Origin: an uncultured Acidimicrobiia bacterium
GTDB lineage: Bacteria; Acidobacteriota; Vicinamibacteria; Vicinamibacterales; UBA2999
Assembly (NCBI GenBank): GCA_963784445.1
Contig: CAWARO010000006.1
Location: 696,265 to 760,264, forward strand
Reading direction: 5' to 3'
Length of the DNA: 64,000 nt
The first letter of the stretch is position 1. Every line of letters starts with the position of its first letter. The position numbers and the translations under genes are program-made. The notes below the pieces were generated by a model. That model searched no databases. It saw only the letters and a program-made list of their open reading frames with translations, and was not told the origin of the DNA. Positions 9,230-19,223 of the stretch are shown here, in pieces.

Positions 9230-10909
9230 CTATTGCATGAGGACGACGATGACCGGGCCCCAGGCGGTCAAGAGGATGTTCCCGATCGCATACGGCACGG
9301 TGTAACCGAGCACCGGGAGCTTGCTTTGTGATTCGTCCTGGATCGCGCGCAGCGCCGCGGTGATGGTCCCCGCCCCGGCACAGGCGCCCAGCAAGATGAC
9401 GGGGTTCATCTTCAACACGTGGTAGCCGAATAGCAGCGACACCAGGTGCGGCAGGATTGCCACGATGAACGCCACAAACACCAGGCTCGGGCCGGTCTCG
9501 CGGAGGCCAGACACAAATGTCGGACCGGCGTTCAATCCGACGATGCCGATGAACACCGCCAGGCCAACGGTGTCGAAGATCCAGAGCGCCGGCTCGGGGA
9601 TTCTGCCAAACGTCGGACGCACGGAGCGCAGCCAGCCGAACACCAGGCCCATGATCAGCGCGCCTCCACTCGCGGTCAGCGTGATCGGCAGACCGCCGAT
9701 ATCGAGCGTCAACAGCCCGACGAGACCGCCGACGACGATCCCCAGGCCGAGGAACACGATGTCGGATTCACTCGAGGGACGTTCGATGTAGCCCAGCTCG
9801 CGTCCGACGCGTTCCACGTCACGCTGGGCGCCGGCCACGCGGAGCAAGTCCCCTCGATTGATGATCGTTTCGGCATCGAAAGGAATTTCCTCACCGCCAC
9901 GGATCAACTTGACCAGGACGACACCACGCCCGTGCCGCTCGGCCAGCACCGACAGTTTCTGGTCCTCTGCTTCTCGCTTCGTGACGACGACATCGAGCGC
10001 CGCCATTGGGAAGTCGAGCAATTCTGGATCTTCACGTTCGTCGAGAAGCGGCAGGGATCCGCTGAGCAGCACCCTGCGCCGTGCCCCGATCGCCAGCACA
10101 TCGCCCGACTGCAGCACGGTCGCCGGCGCGGCGTCGAGCAGTTCGGTCCCGCGGCGGATGCGTTCCACGAACACGCGCTCGGGATTCGCGGCCCGCTCGA
10201 AATCCGCCACGGTCCGACCCGCGGCGGGGTCGGCGAGCCGGTACGCACGGATGCTCCATTCCTTATAGGCCAGGCGCTCTTCGTGATCCGGCCCGACGCC
10301 GTCCGCCGACATCTCGGTCGCCAGTTTTCGGCTCTCCGCCTTCATGTCAATGCGAAGGATGCGGGGACCCATGACCGAGAGAAACCAGACGACGAAGCCA
10401 GTGCCCACGAGGTAACTGACCGCATAGGCCACGGGAATGTTGTTCTTCAGTCTCGTCTTCTCGGCCTCCGGCAGATCGAGCCGGTCGATGGTGTCGCTCG
10501 CGGTGCCGATCACCGTCGATTCGGTGAACGCGCCGGCCATCAGGCCGGCCGCGGTCCCGGTGTCGTAGTTGAGCAGCTTCGCCGCCACCAGTGTCGTCAC
10601 GAGACTCGTCACGCAGAGGACCACCGTCAGCGCGACCTGGGGCAGCGCATTTTTTTTCAGGCCGCGAAAGAACTGCGGTCCAACCTTGTAGCCCGTGGCA
10701 AACAGGAACAGCGAGAAGAAGACCGACTTGACCGTCGCGTCGACCTTGATGTCGAGTTGTCCGATGAGCACACCCGCGATGAGCGTACCCAGGACGTTTC
10801 CGAACTTGAAGGACCCGATCTTGATCCGGCCGATCACGAAGCCGATGGCGAGCGTCAGGAAGATCGCCAGCTCGGGGTGTTCGCGAAGCGAGGTCAGCAA
10901 GTAGCGCAT
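9230..10909 (-). CDS. AAE-family transporter (AspT/YidE/YbjL-type aspartate:alanine exchanger-like), copy 1
   Basis: [37 protein letters not shown]. Two transmembrane halves flank two TrkA_C-like soluble domains. The ATG at 10909 was chosen. Confidence 0.8.
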   Translation of the reverse strand: MRYLLTSLREHPELAIFLTLAIGFVIGRIKIGSFKFGNVLGTLIAGVLIGQLDIKVDATVKSVFFSLFLFATGYKVGPQFFRGLKKNALPQVALTVVLCVTSLVTTLVAAKLLNYDTGTAAGLMAGAFTESTVIGTASDTIDRLDLPEAEKTRLKNNIPVAYAVSYLVGTGFVVWFLSVMGPRILRIDMKAESRKLATEMSADGVGPDHEERLAYKEWSIRAYRLADPAAGRTVADFERAANPERVFVERIRRGTELLDAAPATVLQSGDVLAIGARRRVLLSGSLPLLDEREDPELLDFPMAALDVVVTKREAEDQKLSVLAERHGRGVVLVKLIRGGEEIPFDAETIINRGDLLRVAGAQRDVERVGRELGYIERPSSESDIVFLGLGIVVGGLVGLLTLDIGGLPITLTASGGALIMGLVFGWLRSVRPTFGRIPEPALWIFDTVGLAVFIGIVGLNAGPTFVSGLRETGPSLVFVAFIVAILPHLVSLLFGYHVLKMNPVILLGACAGAGTITAALRAIQDESQSKLPVLGYTVPYAIGNILLTAWGPVIVVLMQ

Positions 10910-11037
10910 GGCGGGGTCCTCAACCCTGGCCGGACATCGAGTGGTTTCGGTTACCGAGGGGACGTGCCCGGGTCGCTCACGTGTTGAGACGGCCCGGTCA
11001 GGAGATACCCCTGACCGGGCCATGACTCAGCTGCTCG

Positions 11038-12681
11038 TTACGTCTTGCCGACGGGCTCTGCCAGCCCGTCTTGCTTGGCGGTCTTGCCGGTGTCCTTTTC
11101 GTACTGGTCACGGTAGATGCGCGCAATCGCGCGCAGCGCCCGGCCGATGTCGTCGTACACGTGATCGTTCAGGTTGGCGAACGAGATGCGCACCGACCAG
11201 TCCGGCGCCGCAAAGCCGCTGCCGTTGAGCAACACGATGCCGTGGTCCTGGGCCAGCCGGAACACGAGGTCGAGCGGGTGGATGTTCTTCTTCATCCACG
11301 CCACCGCTTCGTCGCCGAGGTTCTTGCGGGCGAAGAACTCGAAGTCGATCAGGCCGTAGTAGTAATCGTAGTACTCGTTCTCGCCGAGCTCGATGCCCAG
11401 CCCTTCAATCGTGGCCTCGAAGCGCTTCTTGCAGATGCCCAGGGTGGCTTTCTGGTAATCCTTCCTGGTGTCCATCAGCTCGCTGATCGAGAACAGCGAC
11501 ATCATCACTTGTTGCGGCAGCGACAGGCCCGCGGTGTGGTTCAACGCGATGTCGCGGCTGTCGGCGACGATGCGGTCGATGAAGGCGAACTCGCGCGGCT
11601 TCAGGGTGAGCCCGCCATAACGCTTGTCGAGCAGCTTCTTGATCGGCTCGGGGTGGTTGGCGATCATCTCGTCGAAGATGTTGTCCTCGTGCACGGCGAT
11701 CGTGCCCAGGCGCCAGCCAGTGCAGCCGAAGTACTTGCTGTAGGAGTAGACGCCAATGGTGTTCTTCGGGTACACGCCCATCAGCGAACGGAAGCCGGGC
11801 ACGAAGGTGCCATACACATCGTCGGTCAGCAGGATCAGCTCCGGCCGCTTCTTCAGCACCTCGCCAATCTTGTCGATGGTGGCGGGAGACATCGCCACCG
11901 CGTACGGATTGCCGGGATTGACGACGAAGAACGCCTTGATCTTCGGATCGAGCAGCTTCTCGAGCTCCGCGTCCGGATACTGGAACTTGTGATCCTGCTT
12001 CGCGTGCACGGGCACGTAATGGAGGTCGTAGTCTTCGAGGTGCGCCATCTCCAGGTACGGCGTGAAGATTGGCACGCCCATCGCGATCGTGTCGCCCTGG
12101 TTCAGGAGGCGATTGCTCTTCAGCGACTTGAAGATGTAGCACATGGCGGCGGTGCCGCCCTCGACCGCGTAGATCTTGAACTGGCCCTTCGGGTACGGCT
12201 CGCCGCACATCGCCCACTTCAGGTACTCGTGGACGATCTGTTCGTTGTGCACCAGCATGCGGTCGGGCACCGGGTAGTGGTCGCCGATGATCGAGTGGAC
12301 GAGCTCGTGGATGAACTGGTCGGCATCGAAGCCGAACTTCTTCACCGTCCACGGCGCCATCCGTTGCAGGAACGACGCGCCCGGCATGTCCTGGTGCTTC
12401 GTGAGCCAGGCGTCGAGCCGCTCGGCAACGCCTTTCGCCTTCGGCATGCCGCCCACGCCGGGCGGCAGATCGAAGACCCGCTTGCTTTCGGTGATGGCGA
12501 ACTGCCCGAGCAGGAAGAAGGCCTCGCGCGGTTCGGTGGCGACCCAGTTCGGATTGCCGCGTCCCGCATTCAGGAAGGTGAGCGACGAGTCCTCGGCGGA
12601 CTTCATGGCGACCTTGGCGACGAAGTCCTTGATCTCGAACGGGCCCAGCTTCTGGTACTGTTTGTAATCCAGGTGTTCCAT
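11038..12681 (-). CDS. asdA: Aspartate 4-decarboxylase (aspartate beta-decarboxylase, PLP-dependent)
   Basis: N-terminal GPFEIKDFV...FLNAGRGNPNWVATEPREAFFLLGQFA is characteristic of AsdA/AspD. About 547 aa. The ATG at 12681 is preceded by GGAGGA-N7. Confidence 0.85.
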   Translation of the reverse strand: MEHLDYKQYQKLGPFEIKDFVAKVAMKSAEDSSLTFLNAGRGNPNWVATEPREAFFLLGQFAITESKRVFDLPPGVGGMPKAKGVAERLDAWLTKHQDMPGASFLQRMAPWTVKKFGFDADQFIHELVHSIIGDHYPVPDRMLVHNEQIVHEYLKWAMCGEPYPKGQFKIYAVEGGTAAMCYIFKSLKSNRLLNQGDTIAMGVPIFTPYLEMAHLEDYDLHYVPVHAKQDHKFQYPDAELEKLLDPKIKAFFVVNPGNPYAVAMSPATIDKIGEVLKKRPELILLTDDVYGTFVPGFRSLMGVYPKNTIGVYSYSKYFGCTGWRLGTIAVHEDNIFDEMIANHPEPIKKLLDKRYGGLTLKPREFAFIDRIVADSRDIALNHTAGLSLPQQVMMSLFSISELMDTRKDYQKATLGICKKRFEATIEGLGIELGENEYYDYYYGLIDFEFFARKNLGDEAVAWMKKNIHPLDLVFRLAQDHGIVLLNGSGFAAPDWSVRISFANLNDHVYDDIGRALRAIARIYRDQYEKDTGKTAKQDGLAEPVGKT

Positions 12682-12721
12682 TGCTTTGTCCTCCAGCGTC
12701 AACAATTGCGAGCAGGCCGCG

Positions 12722-14476
12722 TTACGAGAGCAGGATGATCAGGACCATGCCCCAGATCGTCAGCAACGTGTTGCCGACGGCATACGTCACGGTATAGCCG
12801 AGCGCCGGCACCTGGCTCTTGGCCTGATCGCACACCAGACCGAGTGATGCCGTCGTCGTGCGCGAGCCCGACACGATGCCGAGCGTGAGCGCGTCGTGGA
12901 AACGGAACACGTATTTCGCCACGAACATGCCGAGCACCAACGGCACCGTCGTCGCGAGCGCGCCCCACAAGAACAGGCCTGCGCCTTGCGTCCTCAGGCC
13001 ATTCACGAAGCCAGGGCCGGCGGAGATGCCGACGATGGCGATGAAGATGTTGAGGCCGACCGAGTTCATGAACCAGACGGTCGGCGTCGGCACGCGTCCG
13101 AATGACGGGCGGACGGATCGCAGCCACCCGCCGATGATCCCCGCGACCAGCGCGCCGCCGGCGGTCGACAGTGTCAGCGGTACGCCGCCAACGTTGAGGA
13201 CGATCGCGCCGAACAGGGCGCCGACCGTGACGAACAAGCCGACGAACGCCATGTCGGCGACGTCGGTCGCGCGATCGGGGACACCCAGCAGCTTGATGGC
13301 TTTGTTGGTGTCCTGCGTGCGTCCGACAATCGTGAACAGATCGCCGCGGTTGATCGTGGTGGTCGGCAAGATGGGGATGTCCGTCGCGGTCGCGCCGCGC
13401 GTGATCTTGCGCAGGAAGACGCCGCGCGTCTCCGGCATCTGCACCAGGTCGACCAGCGTCTTGCCGTCGATCGCCTTGTTGCTGACCAGGACGTCGACGC
13501 CCTCGACCGGCATCGCCAGCAGCTCCCGATCCTCGACCTCGAGCGCGTTCGGTCCTAGTAACGACACGAGCGCGTCGCGGGAGCCCGCGACCGCCACGAC
13601 GTCGTTCTCGGCCAGAACGGTATCCGCGGTGGCCTCCTCGATCTTCCCGTTGCGGCGGATACGCAGGACGAACAGGCGTGTCGCCGGCGCCACCGATGTT
13701 TTCTCGAGGACTTGCACGCCGCCACCGGCCTGCGCGGCGAGTTGCCGTTGCGCCACCATCGACTCAGCCTCGACGACGCTCAATCCGGCGGCCGCTCCGC
13801 CAGGCAGAACTCGGTATGCCCGCACTTCCCAGCGCCGCCACGCCGTGCCGGGGCCGCCAAGTTCCTTCACGCCGCCTTGCTGCTGTTCGTAGTCCTTGCA
13901 CGCCGCCTCGAGATTGATGCCGAGCAGCTTGGGGCCCAGCACCGCGATGATGACGGCCGAGCCCATCGTGCCGAACATGTAGGTGACCGCGTACGCGACC
14001 GGCATGGAGTCGATCAGGGCCTTGGCCTGCTCGGCGGCCATGCCCGCCCGATTGATGGCGTCGGTCGACAGGCCCATCGCGGCGGAGATCGTTTGCGAGC
14101 CCGAGTAGAGCCCGGCCGCATAGCCGAGGTCGTAGCCGGCCAGCCTTGCGATCGCGAAGGGGACCAGCAGGCAGAAGAGGCACTGCACCACGGAAAAGAG
14201 CGCCTGTGGTACGCCGTCGCGCGCAATGCCGCGAACGAACTGCGGCCCAACGCCGTAACCGACTGCGAACAGGAACATCAGGAACACCGTCGCCTTGAGC
14301 GGCTGTGCGATGGTGATCCCGATCTGCCCGATCAGGACGCCGGCCAGGAGCGTCGCGGTGACGGAGCCCAGGCCGATGCCCTTGAACGTGAACTTGCCAA
14401 AGTAGTAGCCAATGGCAAGCGTGAGGAAGATCGCAATCTCCGGATACTGCTTCAGCGTCGCAAAGAACCAATCCAT
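12722..14476 (-). CDS. AAE-family transporter (AspT/YidE/YbjL-type), copy 2
   Basis: [37 protein letters not shown], with the same two-half plus TrkA_C architecture as the gene at 9230..10909. Confidence 0.8.
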   Translation of the reverse strand: MDWFFATLKQYPEIAIFLTLAIGYYFGKFTFKGIGLGSVTATLLAGVLIGQIGITIAQPLKATVFLMFLFAVGYGVGPQFVRGIARDGVPQALFSVVQCLFCLLVPFAIARLAGYDLGYAAGLYSGSQTISAAMGLSTDAINRAGMAAEQAKALIDSMPVAYAVTYMFGTMGSAVIIAVLGPKLLGINLEAACKDYEQQQGGVKELGGPGTAWRRWEVRAYRVLPGGAAAGLSVVEAESMVAQRQLAAQAGGGVQVLEKTSVAPATRLFVLRIRRNGKIEEATADTVLAENDVVAVAGSRDALVSLLGPNALEVEDRELLAMPVEGVDVLVSNKAIDGKTLVDLVQMPETRGVFLRKITRGATATDIPILPTTTINRGDLFTIVGRTQDTNKAIKLLGVPDRATDVADMAFVGLFVTVGALFGAIVLNVGGVPLTLSTAGGALVAGIIGGWLRSVRPSFGRVPTPTVWFMNSVGLNIFIAIVGISAGPGFVNGLRTQGAGLFLWGALATTVPLVLGMFVAKYVFRFHDALTLGIVSGSRTTTASLGLVCDQAKSQVPALGYTVTYAVGNTLLTIWGMVLIILLS

Positions 14477-14488
14477 GATGATCTGCTC

Positions 14489-16906
14489 CTAGCTGCCTGC
14501 CAGCGCGGGTGCCGGCTTAGCCTTCTCCGACTTGTCCGACTTCTCCGACTTCGCCGCCTTCCCCTCCAGCGCGCTGGGACTAATGAGCTTCAGTCCCAGG
14601 GTGGCGTCGTAGCCGTGGATCTCTTTCACGTCCAGCTTGCGCATGAACTCGATCGTGTCGGCCTTGATCACCTGTCCCGGCACCATGATCGGGAAGCCTG
14701 GCGGGTACGGGATCACGAAGTGCGCCGAGACCAGCGGCGGCCCGGACTGGATCCGCTTGTCGATCTCGGGGCTCATCAGCTTGATATGCTCGCAGCCGTC
14801 GTGGTCGTAGGCCATGTAGAACGCGGTGCGCATGTCGCCCTCGAGCGTCGAGCCCTTCGGGTCGTCGCGGAACCGATCGTGGAAGTGGCTGAAGTTGGGC
14901 AAGTTCGGAACGTCCTCGACCAGCGACTTCACCCGCGCCGCAAATGCCGTGCGAGCCGCATCACCGCCGCTCTTGAGACGCTGCTCGATCTCATTGGAGA
15001 TCTCGACGAGCACCTTGAGCAGGTTGGCCACGTCGCTGCGAGTGTTGTTGATGTTGGTCTGCAGCAGGATCGAGTTGCGCGAGGTCTTGTTGAGCTGAAT
15101 CTCGTACTCGTTGGCGAGCAGGCCCTTGAACTGGGTGCCGTCGTAGCCGGCGGTCCCGCACATCAGGGTCAGCCGCGTCGGGTCGAGGATGAACTCATCC
15201 TCACGGAATGCTTTCGCCGCGTCCGCCCAGGTGGCGCCACCCTCGGTGTAGCTCTTGAGACCGGACTGCCGGAACTCGGCCGGCACCATCTGCTCGACGT
15301 CCAGGACCTTGAAGTACTTGGACACGAGCGGATGCGTGTTGACCGCGACGCGGATCTCGATCGCGAGCTGGATGGCCTGCATGACCATCTCGTAGCCTTC
15401 CAGTTCCATCTGGCGGCGCGCCACGTCGAGCGACGCGATGATCTGCTGGTTCGGCGACGTCGAGGCGTGCGTGAACACCGCTTCCTTGAAAGCCTGTTCG
15501 TGGCGGTGGTAATCCTCGTCAGCGACCAGCACCATCGATCCCTGGCGGAGCGCCGACATCGACTTGTGCGTCGAATTCGTCTGGTAAATGCGCAGCTTGG
15601 CCTTGCGCGGATCGGGAATCAGCCGCGTGTCGAGCACCCGCGCGTCCTTCGGATCGAGATCGGCGCCGAGCTGCTTCTCCTGCGCGAGGTATCGCTCCAG
15701 ATAGGCGGGGTCGGCGAAGGCCTCTTTCAGGGCCGCGCGCGCGCCCATCGCCGTGCGCGGCCGGTAGAGCGGTGACCAGCGAGCGAAACCGAACCAGGCT
15801 TCGTCCCACAGGAAGATCAGGTCCGGCTTGATCGCCAGGCACTCTTCCATCACGCGCCGCACGTCGTAGACGTGGCCGTCGAAGGTGCAGTTGGTCAGCG
15901 TGACCGTCTTCACCTTGTGGAGCCGGCCCGCCGCCTTGAGATCGAGCAAGCGCCTTCTTGACGTTGCGCAACGGCACGGCGCCGTACATCGAGTACGCCA
16001 CCATCGGGAAGGCCTCGACGTAGTAGGGCTGTGCGCCCGCGAGCACCATGCCGTAGTGGTGCGACTTGTGGCAGTTGCGATCGGCAATGACGATGTCGCC
16101 GGGCTCGAGGAGCGCCTGGTGGACCATCTTGTTGGAGGTCGACGTGCCGTTGGTCACGAAGAACACGCGATCGGCGCCGAAGGCGCGCGCGGCGGCATCC
16201 TGGGCCTTCTTGATGTTGCCGGTCGGCTCGAGCAGGCTGTCCAGTCCGCCGGAAGTAGCCGACGATTCCGCGAGGAACAGGTTGGCCCCGTAGAACTCGC
16301 CCATGTCGCGGATCCAGTTCGACTTGAAGATCGACTTGCCGCGCGCCACCGGCAGCGCGTGGAACGTGCCGACCGGCTTCGCGGCGTACTTCTTCAGGTT
16401 GTTGAAGAACGGCGTGTCGTTGCGCTCGGCCACGCCGGAGAGGATCGATAAGTGAATCTCGAGCGGCTCCTCGACCTCGTAGAAGACGCGGCGGATGCCG
16501 GCCGCGGCCGGGTCCGAGATGATCGCGTCGGGCTTCTGGTCGGCGAGCAGGATGATGTCGAGCTCGGGCCGGAAGCCCTTAATGAGTTTCGCCAGCATCG
16601 ACGCCGTCGGCGCCGGCCGCGCGGTTCTTCAGACTCCGCGGACAGCCGTGACGACAGCAGGCTCTTGAGCAGCGGCACGTCGCGCGAGGATTCGTAGGGG
16701 AAGCCGTCGTAGATCACGACCGACTCGAGGTTGGTGTTGAGGATCACGGCGAGCGCCGCGTCTTCGAACGAGCCGACGAACACGGGCTCGTAGACGAACT
16801 CGTCCTCGGGACGGCGCAGCTTCCTGATCTGCTGGGCGTGTGTGGCCCAGCGGGAGGGCGGCGTGTTCGTGACGAACAACACCTCGAAGTACGGGTCTCG
16901 CGGCAC
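14489..16906 (-). pseudogene. Large Orn/Lys/Arg decarboxylase family enzyme (PLP-dependent), split by at least 2 frameshifts (about 15953 and 16600-16640)
   Basis: Three colinear ORFs. ORF 16394..16906 holds the wing domain (YFEVLFVTN). ORF 15519..16598 holds FHALPVARGKS and FFVTNGTSTSNK. ORF 14489..16087 holds NSTHKS (PLP-binding Lys) and IPYPPGFPIMVPG. The junction NVKK|RLLDLK is restored by dropping one G. Confidence 0.8.
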
Positions 16907-16969
16907 CCTCGACCTTCGCGGCCGGCATCGTCGCGCTCCGGCGTGGCCCCGTCGTCTTCCGGCTCGAAT

Positions 16970-17296
16970 TCACCGGCATCGCTGCGATAGCTCCGCGACA
17001 TCAACGCCGAGGAGACGCGCTGCACCAGCCGCGCCGTGCCCATCGCGTCGCCCGCCGGCCGCACGCTGCTTGATCGCGTTCATCACCCGGGCGCCCGGGT
17101 AGGCCTGGAAATCCTCCAGGGGCAGAAGCGCAGTGAGCGCTGCGTTGCACGCAGCCTGCGAGCCCGCGTCGCCGCGGCTGGTTGGGCTCGAGGCCCACGC
17201 CTGCGCGGCCCGGGCAAGGTCGCGCCACAAATCGAGGCGCGCAGCCACTGCCGAAAAAAAGTGGTCGAGTCTGGGTGCCGTAGAACTCTTTGCCAT
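16970..17296 (-). CDS. Hypothetical 108-aa ORF between the porin and the decarboxylase (could be an N-terminal extension of the decarboxylase)
   Basis: ATG at 17296 (MAKSSTAPRLDHFF...). No family recognised. Open frames b and c continue toward the decarboxylase start. Confidence 0.3.
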   Translation of the reverse strand: MAKSSTAPRLDHFFSAVAARLDLWRDLARAAQAWASSPTSRGDAGSQAACNAALTALLPLEDFQAYPGARVMNAIKQRAAGGRRDGHGAAGAARLLGVDVAELSQRCR

Positions 17297-17313
17297 GTGC
17301 TGCTCCTGGATTG

Positions 17314-18475
17314 CTAGGACGGGAAGTTGAAGCGAATTGCGAACTGGATGCGATTGGCCGTGCCCTCTTCGCCACTGGCGACCTCGCGGCGGCCGTAGAG
17401 ATACTCGACGCCGGCCCACGCCCGGTCGGGCAGGAACCAGTAGAGGAGATTGACGGCGCCGTAGTTGAGTTCCTTGTTGAACAGGGACGGGTAGTACCGG
17501 CTCGTCCGGCGTCGTCGTCACGCTGAAGACCGCATTCGAGGTCACTCGCGATGACCAGTAGTGCTCGTAGCCGCCCATGAACGCGGTGAGGCCCACGGGC
17601 TGCAGCTCGCCGTTGCTGTCAGGGATCGCGGTCACGCCGCCGCGGTAACGGCCGACGCCGTCGCCGAAGGTGATTTGCCCGTAGGCGTAATCACGGCCGA
17701 ACGTCTTGACCCTGCCCGACAAGAGGCTGCCCCACAGCGAGACGTCGTCAGGCTCACCAACCGTCGGGCGGAAGCGCGCGCGGCCGAGAAAGGCGGAAGC
17801 AAAGACGTGCCCGCGCCCCCCTTCGAACTTGACCCGCGTGGCCAGGTCCGGCATCGAGTACTCGGCCCTGCCCGGCACGTCCGCCGGTGTGGTGATCGAT
17901 GACTTGTTGTCCTCGACCGCCACGGACCATGACGTCTGGGCGCCGAGCTTCGCCGTGAAGCGCGCCTGCGCCTGCCGGATTGAGGGGAAGGCCATCGGCG
18001 ACTCGAAGTCGATCGTGTTGGGGAAATTCGCGTCGTCCACGAAAGTGGACCAGGCCTGTCCCGCCATCAGGCCCTTGTAGCTCCCAAAGGCCTGGCGCAG
18101 GCGTATCACATTGCCGCTGCCGTAGAAGTCGGTTTCCAGGTACATCCGTAACTCGCTGCCCTCGACCGGGCCGCGCATGTCGAGAGTCAAGCGCGTCTCG
18201 CGGGCATGAACCTGCGAGTTGGTGCCCTCGCTCCCATCAACCGGGATGGTGCGCGGGTCGAAGCTGTCTTCGGAGGTAATCGGATCGAAGTCCCGGATCA
18301 CATCGAGCTTGATTCGTCCTCCGGGCTTGAAGACGAACGATCCGATCCTGAAGCCATCGAATTCCGGTTGCGCGGCTGGCGTCTGCGCGTCGGCCGAGCC
18401 GATCGCGACCAGGAGAACCGTCGCTGCCACGACCCCCCTCAACACACCGATCCTTGTTGCTTGAACCCGTCGCAT
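17314..18475 (-). pseudogene. DcaP-like outer-membrane porin, with a +1 frameshift near 17497
   Basis: Signal peptide MRRVQATRIGVLRGVVAATVLLVAIGSADAQ, then RETRLTLDMRG, YLETDFYG and LMAGQAWSTFVD. The C-terminal strands (YYPSLFNKELNYGAVNLLYWF...IRFNFPS*) are in the +1 frame after GAGCCG-G-TAC. Confidence 0.7.
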
Positions 18476-18519
18476 CGCCAACTCCTTCACCCTTCTGGGG
18501 GTTGTTTCGAGACCATTGA

Positions 18520-18534
18520 GCAATTCGACTGCCA
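18520..18534 (-). promoter_or_regulatory. Candidate sigma-54 promoter for the porin-decarboxylase-AspT-AsdA-AspT operon
   Basis: The minus strand reads TGGCAG-tcgaa-TTGCT. The predicted leader is about 33 nt and contains GAAGGAG-N6-ATG (18475). Confidence 0.55.
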
Positions 18535-18702
18535 TCGCCGCGGGCGAATCTGGGCCCAAAAGACTCAATGAAAAGAGGTCGCCCGAAGTGTCTTTACCGG
18601 CCCTCGTCAGCGCCCTCACAACATGCCGTCACGGACCAGGGCAGCGGAGAACTGCCGACATCGCGGGAAGCCAGCTTTGGGCCCATCCGCGCTCGCTAGG
18701 CG

Positions 18703-18718
18703 CGGCTCCGAACTTGCA
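18703..18718 (+). promoter_or_regulatory. Candidate sigma-54 promoter for nrfHA
   Basis: CGGCTC-cgaac-TTGCA with exact spacing. The GC element is only 15 nt from the ATG at 18732, so the mRNA would be nearly leaderless, which lowers my confidence. Confidence 0.35.
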
Positions 18719-18731
18719 ATGAGCCGCCCGA

Positions 18732-19220
18732 ATGAATGGGTCCCACGCGGCGCTGGCGGTTGCCGTCCTGGCGCTCGGAGTGGCGCTCGGGCTCGGCTCG
18801 TACACGTTTGCCTATGCGCGCGGCTGGTCCTACATGACCGACGATCCCCGCGCGTGTGCGAACTGCCACGTGATGAACGAGCAATACGACGGCTGGATCA
18901 AGAGCAGCCATCGCTCGGTCGCGGTCTGCAATGACTGTCACGTGCCCCACAGCATCGTCGGCAAATACGTGACGAAGGGGACCAACGGCTTCTGGCACTC
19001 CTACTACTTCACGACCGGCACGTTCCCCGAGCCCATTCGCGCGCTGCCGAAGAGCCGGAAGATCGCCGAGGCCAACTGCCGCCGCTGCCACGAGCCGATC
19101 GTCCAGGCGATGGGCACGCCCTCACATTCCGGTTCGACGCGACATCTCCTGTATTCGTTGTCACGGGTCGGTGGGCCATCTGGAACTTCTTTCGACCAAC
19201 GTCGCCGATTCGACGAGGTG
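18732..19220 (+). pseudogene. nrfH: NrfH, tetrahaem NapC/NirT-type quinol dehydrogenase subunit of cytochrome c nitrite reductase, with a +1 frameshift near 19115-19135
   Basis: Transmembrane helix followed by CANCH, CNDCH and CRRCH in frame. The fourth haem motif CIRCH (RDISCIRCHGSVGH) is in the +1 frame, which ends at the TGA at 19218-19220. Confidence 0.8.
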
Positions 19221-19223
19221 AAC

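Noticed and set aside
14521-14550. A 9-nt tandem repeat (TCCGACTTN x3) at the 3' end of the decarboxylase gene.
   Set aside because: It simply encodes the low-complexity tail KSEKSDKSEK. There is no evidence that it has any role beyond coding.
16970-18619. The 549-aa ORF taken as a single protein.
   Set aside because: It is a composite of the porin N-terminal 330 residues, out-of-frame read-through of the porin C-terminus, the intergenic DNA, and a separate downstream ORF. The true porin C-terminus (ending RFNFPS) is in the +1 frame.
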